A stretch of 32,000 nucleotides of DNA from Pasteurella multocida. GTDB lineage: Bacteria > Pseudomonadota > Gammaproteobacteria > Enterobacterales > Pasteurellaceae. The stretch covers positions 960,001 to 992,000 of the forward strand of contig NZ_LT906458.1 in assembly GCF_900187275.1 (NCBI RefSeq), given 5' to 3'. Of the stretch, positions 10,966 to 20,079 are shown in pieces; position 1 is the stretch's first letter, and every line of letters starts with the position of its first letter. The translations under genes were made by a program, and so were the position numbers. The notes under the pieces were generated by a model, which was given only the letters and a program-made list of their open reading frames with translations, had not been told where the DNA came from and did not search any database.

Positions 10966-12034
10966 CAAGCGCTAATCGAATTTTCTTCTCAAAAAAAGCA
11001 TAATCAACTAAAAACGCATCATGCCCATAATCGGAAGAAAATTGATAATAAACTAAATTGACGCCACTTTCCTCGAGGAGCTTTTTACTCTTTTGTAGCT
11101 CCGTCAACTTAAATAATTGATCATTTTCGACAGCTACTAACGTGTAACGAGCTTTGATTCTGGCTAATGCCGCGGACAAGCTCTCATATTGAAAGCCTGG
11201 ATCATATAAATCTAACGCTCTGAGTAAATGAAGATAGCTATTGGCATCAAAGCGCGCTAAAAATTTTTTTCCTTGATAACTTAAATAGGATTCTACCTGA
11301 AAGTAATCGCCCCAAAATTCCGTTTCTGCTTTTGTGGCACGCCCAAAAGCTTTGGTCAATTGTAAATCGGTTCGGTAAGTCAACATTCCCAACATACGCG
11401 CAATCGCTAACCCTTTTTCCGGAGGTTGACTATCATAGTAATCTCCGCCATTAAAATTGGGATCATTAATCACGGCTTGTCGCATCACATGATTAAAACC
11501 AATTGCTTCTGCACCAAATAGTAGAGAAGAACATAAATTAATGACATTACTCACATCATCTGGATAATCAATTGCCCATTGTGTGGCTTGCATACCGCCA
11601 AAAGATCCCCCAATCACCGCATGTAAACGAGGAATATTGAGATATGTCAATAACGCCCTTTGTAGCGCAACAATGTCTTGCACAATAATGTTCGGGAATT
11701 GACTGCCGTAAGGTTTATTCGTTTTCGGATTAATAGAGGAAGGACCCGTTGTACCTTTACATCCTCCCAACACATTAGAACAAATAAAGAAATATTGAGA
11801 CGTGTCCAAAGCAAGCCCCTCGCCCATAAATGTCTGCCACCAACCACGCTGTGAATGATCAGCAAAATAAGGCTCTGCATCCCCCGTTAGGGCGTGACAA
11901 ATAAGAATCGCATTCGTTTTCTCTTTATTCAACTCACCATAAGTTTGATATGCGATCTCAATATCTTGGAGCGTCCCGCCTAAACTTAGGGTAAAAGGAG
12001 CTTCCGTAAACAATTTCACTTTCTGTACAGCCAT
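10952..12034 (-). CDS. metX: Homoserine O-acetyltransferase
   Basis: alpha/beta hydrolase: [68 protein letters not shown]. Confidence 0.95.
   Translation of the reverse strand: MAVQKVKLFTEAPFTLSLGGTLQDIEIAYQTYGELNKEKTNAILICHALTGDAEPYFADHSQRGWWQTFMGEGLALDTSQYFFICSNVLGGCKGTTGPSSINPKTNKPYGSQFPNIIVQDIVALQRALLTYLNIPRLHAVIGGSFGGMQATQWAIDYPDDVSNVINLCSSLLFGAEAIGFNHVMRQAVINDPNFNGGDYYDSQPPEKGLAIARMLGMLTYRTDLQLTKAFGRATKAETEFWGDYFQVESYLSYQGKKFLARFDANSYLHLLRALDLYDPGFQYESLSAALARIKARYTLVAVENDQLFKLTELQKSKKLLEESGVNLVYYQFSSDYGHDAFLVDYAFFEKKIRLALANQD
10960..10985. terminator. Bidirectional hairpin at the folK/metX convergent junction
   Basis: GATTAGC aagc GCTAATC, 7-bp perfect stem followed by gAATTTTC; spans the folK stop and sits within metX 3' coding sequence. 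Confidence 0.6.
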
Positions 12035-12196
12035 GCTACCGCCTGCTTATTCTTGTTGTTATGTTCACTTTACTTTTATTGGATTTATAGACGTCTAAAC
12101 ATCTTTACGTACAAATCTACTAAAATTCAGCTTGCACTTCAACTCTTTTTTCATTATGGTGAACATCAGTTTCCGAATCGTGATGATAGTTTGAAA

Positions 12197-12907
12197 ATGA
12201 CATCTATTTTGACTTTTTTAACTTCCCAATATTATAAACGCGCGATACGTTATATATTGGTTGCCTTGTCATCTTTTATTGTGCTATTAGTCCTTATTGA
12301 TCAAGCCATTGGCTTTTATGTTCGGAAAAATATCTATACAGACATCAATAAACTGCCTTATCGTCCTTACGGTGTAGTATTAGGGACATCTAAATATTTT
12401 GAGAAAAATACACTCAATCTGTTTTATCACAATCGCCTTTTAGCAGCACATGAGGTTTTTTCCGCACGTAAGATCGATTATCTTTTACTGAGTGGTGATA
12501 ACCGTACGAATCAATATAATGAACCGCGTAATATGTTCAAAGACTTACGAAAAATGGGCATCGCTGCTGAATTTATGTATATGGATTTTGCAGGTTTTCG
12601 CACCTTGGATTCCGTGATCCGTGCACAACAAGTTTTCAAAGCACATTCATTCACCATTATCACGCAAAAATTCCACTGTGAACGTGCATTGTTCATTGCT
12701 AAATATCACAATATTGATGCCATTTGTTTTGCCGCTGACTATCCACAAGGACATTATTTTGTACGATTTAGAGAGTTCTTTGCACGTATTTTAGTGATAC
12801 TCGATATTTTAATGGAAAAGGAACCTTATTTTTTAGGTGAGCCAGAACCGTTGCCACCACCGACAACGGTCCCTATCGTAGAACTTGAAGACGTACCATC
12901 ACATTAA
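12197..12907 (+). CDS. sanA: SanA-like membrane protein (YdcF/ElyC-SanA family, DUF218)
   Basis: PYRPYGVVLGTSKYF, YLLLSGDN, DYAGFRTLDSV, ITQKFHCERALFIA match E. coli SanA. ORF track starts at 12053, but similarity and a TM helix begin near ATG 12197. Confidence 0.88.
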   Translation: MTSILTFLTSQYYKRAIRYILVALSSFIVLLVLIDQAIGFYVRKNIYTDINKLPYRPYGVVLGTSKYFEKNTLNLFYHNRLLAAHEVFSARKIDYLLLSGDNRTNQYNEPRNMFKDLRKMGIAAEFMYMDFAGFRTLDSVIRAQQVFKAHSFTIITQKFHCERALFIAKYHNIDAICFAADYPQGHYFVRFREFFARILVILDILMEKEPYFLGEPEPLPPPTTVPIVELEDVPSH

Positions 12908-13893
12908 ATGCGTGATTCGATAATTTCTCGAATAATTACTTCATCAGACACTTTAACGTTCTTTGATTTCATTCGACTTAATACAAGATGCAGTAAGGTC
13001 TGTGCAATTTTTTGGTGGTTTTGTACACAACAAATCACTTTATTTTCCAACAGATCTAACATATCGTGATGACCAAAAGTTGCAATGATAAGCGAACGTG
13101 GAATACGATGATAGCGTTTAATCAAAATCTGAAAAACACCATGTAACAATGTTAATGATGTAGCAAAAATAGCTTCTGGCATCTCATGTTTCTCTAACCA
13201 ATGATGAAACGCCTTTGCACTTGCTAATTTATGAAACTGTGAGGCATAAAGATAATCCACTTGATTCGCCTTATCAGAGAGCGCTTGACGAAAACCAAGT
13301 TCTCGTTTTCGACTGAGCCCTAGCTTAGGTAGCGCGCCTAAAAAAAGCATCCGCTTTCCCTCACAATGTCTCCCTAGATGTGTTGCTAATCGATATGCGT
13401 CCCCCTCATCGTCTGTCAAAACACGTATCTTATTGAGAGCAAGATAGCGATCGAAGCAAATAATCGGAATATTGGCATGGCGTTGATAAAAATCAGTATC
13501 GGCAGGTAATGTCGTGGAGACAATCAGGGCGTCAATTTGACGTTGGATAAGATGCTTAGCACATTGCATTTCTGTTTCTGGGTTATCATTAGAACAAGCG
13601 ATGACTAATTGATAACCTTTCTGGCGAAATCCAGCTTCTAGATGTGTTGCAATTCTGGCAAAACTCGCGTTTTCAAAATCAGGGACAATTAAACCAATAG
13701 TGCGACTTTTCCCCGCTCGTAGCCCAGCTGCCATCGCATTAGGCTTGAAATCATATTGTTTAATCAGTTTTTCGACTTTTTCAATGGTTTTATCACTAAC
13801 GCGATATGCCTTTGCTTTCCCATTAACCACATAACTGGCTGTTGTTCGTGAGACTCCTGCAAGTTTTGCGAGCTCAACTAACTTTAATTTCAT
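12904..13893 (-). CDS. cra: LacI-family catabolite repressor/activator Cra (FruR)
   Basis: ELAKLAGVSRTTASYVVNGKAKAYRVSDKTIEKV and RAGKSRTIGLIVPDFEN closely follow E. coli Cra; located beside ilvIH as in E. coli. Confidence 0.88.
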   Translation of the reverse strand: MKLKLVELAKLAGVSRTTASYVVNGKAKAYRVSDKTIEKVEKLIKQYDFKPNAMAAGLRAGKSRTIGLIVPDFENASFARIATHLEAGFRQKGYQLVIACSNDNPETEMQCAKHLIQRQIDALIVSTTLPADTDFYQRHANIPIICFDRYLALNKIRVLTDDEGDAYRLATHLGRHCEGKRMLFLGALPKLGLSRKRELGFRQALSDKANQVDYLYASQFHKLASAKAFHHWLEKHEMPEAIFATSLTLLHGVFQILIKRYHRIPRSLIIATFGHHDMLDLLENKVICCVQNHQKIAQTLLHLVLSRMKSKNVKVSDEVIIREIIESRI

Positions 13894-14061
13894 ATTTTCC
13901 CCTTAAAATATATAAAGCTATTGAGGTGGTGATGATTTAGTTGTGTAAGCATTTATTAAAAATAAATAAATATATGTAAATAAATGTAATGGTTATTTTA
14001 ACATCTCATATTTATGATATCAAAAAATACTAATACATTAATAAAGAGGAGTTACACATAA

Positions 14062-14104
14062 AAAAGTGCGGTTAAATTTTAAAAAAATCTAACCGCACTT
14101 TTAA
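14062..14104 (-). terminator. Terminator of ilvIH built from an inverted pair of uptake sequences
   Basis: AAAAGTGCGGTTAaattttaaaaaaatcTAACCGCACTTTT just downstream of ilvH. Confidence 0.85.
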
Positions 14105-14131
14105 ACTAAGTTAATTCAATGAGTTAAGTAC

Positions 14132-14623
14132 TTATAAACAATTTTTTTCTCCACGCGATAAACTGATTAGACCAGAACGTACAATCTCAATAATCGTCGT
14201 TTCCTCTTTCACCGCTGAAATAAACGCATCTAGTTTATCTTTCGTCCCCGTCAACTGAATGGTATAGGATTTGGTTGTCACATCCACAATCTGACCTCGG
14301 TAAATATCTGTTAAACGTTTTAGTTCATCACGTGATGCGCCTTGCGCTCTCACTTTAATCAGTAAGACTTCACGCTCAACGTGGTCACAGTCGCTTAAAC
14401 TGATCACTTTAAAAATATCAACTAATTTATGTAGCTGCTTCTCGATTTGTTCGAGTACTTGCTCATCTCCATAGGCTTCGATTGTCATACGAGATAATGT
14501 AGGATCATCAGTGGGCGCAACAGTTAAGCTTTCTATATTGAATGCACGTTGTGAAAATAAGCCTACCACACGAGATAATGCTCCCGATTCATTTTCTAAT
14601 AATACTGATAAAATTCTACGCAT
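14132..14623 (-). CDS. ilvH: Acetolactate synthase isozyme III small subunit
   Basis: [38 protein letters not shown] domain. Confidence 0.97.
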   Translation of the reverse strand: MRRILSVLLENESGALSRVVGLFSQRAFNIESLTVAPTDDPTLSRMTIEAYGDEQVLEQIEKQLHKLVDIFKVISLSDCDHVEREVLLIKVRAQGASRDELKRLTDIYRGQIVDVTTKSYTIQLTGTKDKLDAFISAVKEETTIIEIVRSGLISLSRGEKNCL

Positions 14624-16340
14624 TCGCCTTCTCCGGTTTCGTTAAAATCATTTCATTCATTGCACCACCACGTACTTGCATCGGATAAACATGTTCTGTC
14701 GCATCAACATTAATATCGACAAATACTAATTTATCTTTCATCGAAAATGCTTGAGTGAGTTTTTCCTCTAATTCATCTGGCGTATTAATTTGGATCCCCA
14801 CATGTCCATAAGCCTCAGCAAGCTTCACAAAATCAGGTAAAGAATTCATATAAGACTGTGAATGGCGTCCAGAATAAATCAGATCTTGCCACTGTTTCAC
14901 CATGCCTAAAAAGCGGTTATTCAAACTGATAATCACAATTGGAATATCATATTGCTGTGCAGTAGAAAGCTCTTGAATATTCATTTGAATACTGCCATCC
15001 CCCGTCACACACACCACTGTTGAATCAGGATAAGCGAGCTTTACCCCAAGTGCGGCTGGTAGTCCAAAGCCCATGGTCCCTAAGCCACCAGAGTTAATCC
15101 AACGCCGAGGTTGGTTAAACGGATAATGTAATGCCGCAAACATTTGATGTTGTCCAACATCTGAGGCGACATAAGCCTCACCTTGTGTTAATCGATAAAC
15201 CACTTCCATCACTTGCTGTGGTTTAATGACGGAATCATCTCGTGTAAAAGAGAGACATTTTACTGCTTTCCATTCATCAATTTGCTGCCACCATTCATCC
15301 AAGGCAGTTTGCGATTTTAATAAATTGTCATCCTCTAATAAGGCTAAAAATTCATTAATAACTTTTTCTGCACTGCCTACAATCGGAATAGATGCCAACA
15401 CATTTTTAGAAATAGACGTTGGATCAATATCAATATGAATCACTTTTGCATGTGGACAATATTTTGCCAAGTTATTAGTCGTTCTATCATCAAAACGCAC
15501 ACCAATACCAAGAATGAGATCACTATGATGCATTGCATTATTCGCTTCGTAAGTACCATGCATGCCTAACATCCCTAAGAATTGCTTATCTGAGCTTGGA
15601 TAGGCACCTAATCCCATTAAGGAGGAAGTGACCGGCAAATTTAAGGTTTGTGCAAATTGCGTTAATTTGTCGCTACAATTCGCAGTGATGACACCACCAC
15701 CAACAAATAACACCGGCTTTTTCGCGACTAATAAGGCTTTTAATGCTTTTTTAATTTGCCCTTTATGCCCTTGTATTGTTGGATTATAAGAACGTAATTC
15801 AACTTTTTCTGGATAATGATAAGTAAATTTATGTGCAGGATTAACCACATCCTTTGGCAAATCGATCACCACAGGTCCCGGTCTGCCTGTTGACGCAATA
15901 TAAAAAGCTTTTTTAATGGTTTCAGGAATTTCAGCCGCAGATTTTACTAAAAAACTGTGTTTGACGACTGGACGAGAGATACCTACCATATCGCATTCTT
16001 GGAAAGCATCACTGCCAATTAGTCCTGACATCACCTGTCCAGATAAAATAATCAAAGGCACAGAATCCATATACGCTGTTGCAATACCAGTGATAGTATT
16101 GGTTGCACCGGGTCCAGATGTCACAAGAACACAACCCACTTTACCGGTTGCTCTGGCATAACCATCTGCCATGTGCACCGCGGCTTGTTCATGTCGGACA
16201 AGAATATGTTCAATACCCCCCAAGGTATGAATCGCATCATAAATATCTAAAACCGATCCGCCAGGATAACCAAATAAAAACTCAACGCCTTCATCTCGCA
16301 AAGACTGCACAACCATTTCTGCGCCAGATAACTTTTTCAT
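14616..16340 (-). CDS. ilvI: Acetolactate synthase isozyme III large subunit
   Basis: [39 protein letters not shown]-binding [11 protein letters not shown] at 16340 with AGAGG at 16348-16352; tracked ORF uses GTG 16346. Overlaps ilvH by 8 nt. Confidence 0.97.
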   Translation of the reverse strand: MKKLSGAEMVVQSLRDEGVEFLFGYPGGSVLDIYDAIHTLGGIEHILVRHEQAAVHMADGYARATGKVGCVLVTSGPGATNTITGIATAYMDSVPLIILSGQVMSGLIGSDAFQECDMVGISRPVVKHSFLVKSAAEIPETIKKAFYIASTGRPGPVVIDLPKDVVNPAHKFTYHYPEKVELRSYNPTIQGHKGQIKKALKALLVAKKPVLFVGGGVITANCSDKLTQFAQTLNLPVTSSLMGLGAYPSSDKQFLGMLGMHGTYEANNAMHHSDLILGIGVRFDDRTTNNLAKYCPHAKVIHIDIDPTSISKNVLASIPIVGSAEKVINEFLALLEDDNLLKSQTALDEWWQQIDEWKAVKCLSFTRDDSVIKPQQVMEVVYRLTQGEAYVASDVGQHQMFAALHYPFNQPRRWINSGGLGTMGFGLPAALGVKLAYPDSTVVCVTGDGSIQMNIQELSTAQQYDIPIVIISLNNRFLGMVKQWQDLIYSGRHSQSYMNSLPDFVKLAEAYGHVGIQINTPDELEEKLTQAFSMKDKLVFVDINVDATEHVYPMQVRGGAMNEMILTKPEKANA

Positions 16341-16557
16341 TTTCACCTCTAAATGTCTTACACTTTACGTGCTTATTGCTTTAATTGATGTTGTTATAAT
16401 GTCATGCATTAACACGTTCTCATTTTTACTGGAAACCGCCTTTATTGTCTATCTATTTTTATTGGCAGAATGCGCAATAAAAGAACACATTCCAAAATAT
16501 AAAACTAAAAATAAACAAAAAATCAGAATAAAATAAAAAATACATTCTTTAAATCAC

Positions 16558-16587
16558 AAAAAAAGCGGCATTGCGCCGCATTTTATA
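16558..16587 (-). terminator. Intrinsic terminator downstream of the NhaC-family gene
   Basis: - strand reads AAAATGCGGCGCAATGCCGCTTTTTTTG; GCGGC/GCCGC stem with T tract. Confidence 0.85.
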
Positions 16588-16638
16588 AAATAACCTAAAA
16601 TAAAAATTTTTTATTTTATTTGTGAACTATCTCACAAT

Positions 16639-18162
16639 TTATTTTTTTCTAAATATAAAAACAAGTACCGATAAAACCACACCCGTTGTCACAAAACCCA
16701 GTATGCCTGACTGGCTGAACCCTAGTACTAAATAGCCAGCAATAGACGCCGTCGCAATTAACATCGCATAAGGTAACTGTGTTGTTACATGGTCGATATG
16801 ATTACATTTTGCCCCGGTAGAAGATAAAATCGTGGTATCCGAAATCGGTGAGCAATGATCACCACAAACTGCACCGGCCATGACTGCGGATAAACAAGGT
16901 AACATCAATTCTGGTGCAGTATTCGCTGCAATCGCTGCCGCGATCGGTAACATAATCCCAAAAGTTCCCCAGCTTGTTCCTGTCGAGAATGCCATGATTC
17001 CAGTTAAAATAAATAATAACGCAGGCAACAAGGCAATCGGTAAACTATCCGATACTAATGAAGATAAATAAATCCCTGTTTTGACATCTCCAACGATGGT
17101 ATTAATGGTCCAAGCAAATAATAAAATCAATACCGCACCGAGCATTGACTTCACGCCTAAAATCCAGGATTTACCGTATTCCGCCAAACTCACTTGACGA
17201 TCAATAAGAATGCATAGTGTCGAAATCAAGACCGCACTTAATCCCCCCACAACCAATGAAATCCCTACTGTAGTATTCTCAAACGCGCCTAACACATCAA
17301 AAGGTTTTCCATCCGCCGCTAATGCTTCATAGCCCGTGTACATCATCATACCAACGGTTGCTAAAATCAGGACAGTGATCGGTAAAATTAAATAGAGAAC
17401 ATGCCCTTTATTACTACTTTCCAGTTTTTCTTCTTCTGTTACACGCGCTAGGGCCATTCTTTCGTGACGCGCCATTGAACCAATATCAAACGAATAATAA
17501 GATACAAAGAACACCATTAAAATAGAAAAAATAGCATAAAAGTTCATTGCACTCATTGTCATAAATGCACCGATAGGTGAATACTCGGTGATCGAATAAG
17601 TCGCAAGAAGTCCTGCAATAAGTGTAATAATATAGGCGCCCCAACTTGATACAGGCATCAACACACACATTGGCGCAGCGGTTGAATCAAGAATATAGGC
17701 AAGTTTTGGGCGTGAAACTTTAAATTTATCTGTAACTGGGCTGGCAATCGCTCCCACCGCTAAGCTATGAAAATAATCGTCAATGAAAGTCACAAACACG
17801 AGCGATGCGGCTAATAATTTAGCCCCTTTTCTATCTTTAATCCGTTTTTGTGCCCATTCTGCAAAGGCTCGATTACTACCAGAGACAGTAAGAAGTGCGG
17901 TTAAAATACCTAACAAGAAGAGAAATAACACAATATTAATGTTATTTGAATTAAGTGCGTTATCACTGTATGCCAATGAAATAATATTATTTTTGAGATA
18001 CATTAGCGTATGCGAAATATTAAAATCTGCAAGCATTAAAGCACCTACAATAATACCAACACTCAATGATAAAATAACACGGCGTGTCCCAATGGCTAAT
18101 AATAATGCTAAAATAGGGGGTACGACAGACCAAATAGACGTCGAATAATCAATAAGTTCCAT
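16639..18162 (-). CDS. NhaC-family antiporter; probable riboswitch-controlled lysine transporter
   Basis: 507-aa polytopic membrane protein with NhaC-like motifs (ASLVFVTFIDDYFHSLAVG, PISSWGAY-like LMPVSSWGAYI, GTSWGTFGIMLPIAAA, AVCGDHCSPISDTTILSS). The upstream lysine riboswitch suggests a lysine-related substrate. Confidence 0.85.
   Translation of the reverse strand: MELIDYSTSIWSVVPPILALLLAIGTRRVILSLSVGIIVGALMLADFNISHTLMYLKNNIISLAYSDNALNSNNINIVLFLFLLGILTALLTVSGSNRAFAEWAQKRIKDRKGAKLLAASLVFVTFIDDYFHSLAVGAIASPVTDKFKVSRPKLAYILDSTAAPMCVLMPVSSWGAYIITLIAGLLATYSITEYSPIGAFMTMSAMNFYAIFSILMVFFVSYYSFDIGSMARHERMALARVTEEEKLESSNKGHVLYLILPITVLILATVGMMMYTGYEALAADGKPFDVLGAFENTTVGISLVVGGLSAVLISTLCILIDRQVSLAEYGKSWILGVKSMLGAVLILLFAWTINTIVGDVKTGIYLSSLVSDSLPIALLPALLFILTGIMAFSTGTSWGTFGIMLPIAAAIAANTAPELMLPCLSAVMAGAVCGDHCSPISDTTILSSTGAKCNHIDHVTTQLPYAMLIATASIAGYLVLGFSQSGILGFVTTGVVLSVLVFIFRKK
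17231..17239 (-). repeat. DNA uptake sequence core (in NhaC-family gene)
   Basis: accgcactt. Confidence 0.9.
17893..17901 (+). repeat. DNA uptake sequence core (in NhaC-family gene)
   Basis: aagtgcggt. Confidence 0.9.
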
Positions 18163-18219
18163 AAGTTTTTTACCTTATAATGAAGGAATAACCACTGAGT
18201 AAGAATATAGAAATGATCT

Positions 18220-18253
18220 AAAAAGGTAGGCAAAAATTAATTAAGACCTGACC
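18220..18253 (-). terminator. Candidate riboswitch expression-platform terminator
   Basis: - strand: GGTcAGG tcttaattaatttttg CCTACC TTTTT; short stem with one bulge followed by T5, just after the aptamer 3' strand. Confidence 0.35.
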
Positions 18254-18430
18254 CAACCAGTAGCGCTCCATAGTTTAAAAAAGACTATGACAATGACGTT
18301 CCTTTCGAATACGCCACCAACCAATCAAAATGACTTTCAATTGATTTCGGCGGTCACTCCTTTCCTTTTTCCTCTTCGTTATCCACTCAGAAAAAATACT
18401 TATAGTGATCGCTCCTCTACACAAGTAGGA
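18251..18430 (-). promoter_or_regulatory. Lysine riboswitch (L-box) aptamer
   Basis: - strand matches L-box core elements in order: GUAGAGGAGCGAUCACUAUAAGUAU ... GGAGUGACCGCCGAAAUCAA ... UUGAUUGGUUGGUGGCGU ... UGUCAUAGUC ... GACUAUGGAGCGCUACU-like 3' end (AAACUAUGGAGCGCUACUGG). P1 arms CCUACUUGUGUAG / CUACUGGUUGGG. Confidence 0.88.
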
Positions 18431-18648
18431 TGGCAACAAGACTACAATAAAAAGTGATCCTTGCCAATAGAGAGAAGGGAATATTTTTAACTTAATTTAC
18501 AATTCCATAACTAAAAAATATAAACTTTGAAGTATTCTACAAAAATAGCATTTACCAATAATAATATTTACTATATCATTACTTACGTTTGATTATGTTT
18601 AATTATATTTTATGTAATCCCTGTGTGACATTATATAGAGGAACAAGT

Positions 18649-19053
18649 ATGAGTGATTTATTAAAGATGTTAACCAATGTTCGAAGTTTACGTGTGCTGG
18701 CTCGTGAAACCTCATTAGAACAACTTGAAATTGCTTTAGAAAAGTTCTCTCTCGTCGTTGAAGAAAAACGTGAAGCTGAAGCCAAAGCAGAACGTGAAAT
18801 AGCAGAACGTCAGGCAAGAATTGCGAAGTTGAAAGAATCATTAATCCAAGAAGGAATTACAGCCCAGGAATTAGCAATTTTGTTAGGCCAAGAATCTCAA
18901 TCTCAACGTAAAAAGAGAGAACCTCGCCCAGCAAAATACAAATATATCTATGAAAATGGTGAAGAAAGAACTTGGACTGGTCAAGGTAGAACACCAAAAG
19001 TCATTCAAAAAGCCTTGGATGCGGGTAAATCCCTGAGTTCATTCGAAATTTAA
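18649..19053 (+). CDS. hns: H-NS family nucleoid-associated protein
   Basis: MSDLLKMLTNVRSLRVLARETSLEQLEIALEKF oligomerisation region and C-terminal YKYIYENGEERTWTGQGRTPKVIQKAL DNA-binding motif. ATG at 18649 preceded by AGAGGAACAAGT. Confidence 0.95.
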   Translation: MSDLLKMLTNVRSLRVLARETSLEQLEIALEKFSLVVEEKREAEAKAEREIAERQARIAKLKESLIQEGITAQELAILLGQESQSQRKKREPRPAKYKYIYENGEERTWTGQGRTPKVIQKALDAGKSLSSFEI

Positions 19054-19128
19054 TCTATTTTACTTTGTCGTAAAGCCCATTTCTTGATGGGTTTTCTTTT
19101 TTATTTTTTCGACTAAAACAACACACTT

Positions 19129-19965
19129 ATGATTGAAAATAAAATATTATTAACCGATTGCCCAGATGATAAAGGTTTAATCGCAAAAATTACCAACATT
19201 TGTTACAAACATCAGCTCAATATCATTCATAACAATGAATTTGTGGATTTTGACACAAAGCATTTCTTTATGCGCACTGAACTACAGGGCATTTTTAATG
19301 AAGATACCTTATTAGCTGACTTAAAATTTAGTCTTCCAGAGGGAACAAATTGTCGCTTAATTAGTGCGAAAAGAAAACGCATTGTCATTTTAGTCACCAA
19401 AGAAGCGCATTGCCTTGGCGATATTTTAATGAAAAATTACTATGGTGGTTTAGACGTAGAAATCGCTGCGGTGATTGGTAATCATGATACGTTAAGAACA
19501 TTAGTAGAACGCTTTGACATCCCATTCCACTACATTAGCCATCATGATCTCACACGAGTAGAACATGATAAGTTACTTGCAGATAAAATCGATGAATATG
19601 CACCAGATTATATTGTGTTAGCAAAATACATGCGGGTACTCAACCCTCAGTTTGTTGAAAAATATCCAAATCGAGTGATCAATATTCATCATTCTTTTTT
19701 ACCTGCATTTATTGGTGCAAAACCTTATCACCAAGCTTATGAACGTGGTGTCAAAATTATTGGCGCAACTGCACACTTTATTAATAACGAATTAGATCAA
19801 GGTCCTATTATTATGCAAAATGTGATCAACGTGGATCACACTTATAATGCAGAAGCCATGATGCGTGCAGGACGAGATGTTGAAAAAACAGTATTAAGCC
19901 GTGCATTAGATCTGGCTTTGCACGATCGTATTTTTGTTTACAAAAATAAGACGGTTGTTCTCTAA
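19129..19965 (+). CDS. purU: Formyltetrahydrofolate deformylase
   Basis: N-terminal ACT domain (LLTDCPDDKGLIAKI) plus formyltransferase fold with NIHHSFLPAFIGAKPYHQAYERGVKIIGATAHFI. Confidence 0.96.
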   Translation: MIENKILLTDCPDDKGLIAKITNICYKHQLNIIHNNEFVDFDTKHFFMRTELQGIFNEDTLLADLKFSLPEGTNCRLISAKRKRIVILVTKEAHCLGDILMKNYYGGLDVEIAAVIGNHDTLRTLVERFDIPFHYISHHDLTRVEHDKLLADKIDEYAPDYIVLAKYMRVLNPQFVEKYPNRVINIHHSFLPAFIGAKPYHQAYERGVKIIGATAHFINNELDQGPIIMQNVINVDHTYNAEAMMRAGRDVEKTVLSRALDLALHDRIFVYKNKTVVL

Positions 19966-20029
19966 AAAGCACATAAAAACAATGTAATATAAAACCACTT
20001 TTATCGGCATGGTTTTGATTTAGCGATAA

Positions 20030-20062
20030 AAAAATAGCGTGTTAAATTAACACGCTATTTTT
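20030..20062. terminator. Bidirectional terminator between purU and nagA
   Basis: AAAATAGCGTGTTAA a TTAACACGCTATTTT, long perfect stem flanked by A and T tracts. Confidence 0.9.
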
Positions 20063-20079
20063 AATAAAATGAGAAAGTG

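Noticed and set aside
12053-12196. Extra 48 N-terminal residues on the SanA ORF (MLLCSLYFYWIYRRL...)
   Set aside because: SanA similarity and the membrane helix begin after ATG 12197; the upstream stretch looks like the metX/sanA divergent promoter region read by chance.
15226-16384. Several + strand ORFs (70-93 aa) antisense to ilvI
   Set aside because: Shadow ORFs within ilvI coding sequence; no coding character independent of ilvI.
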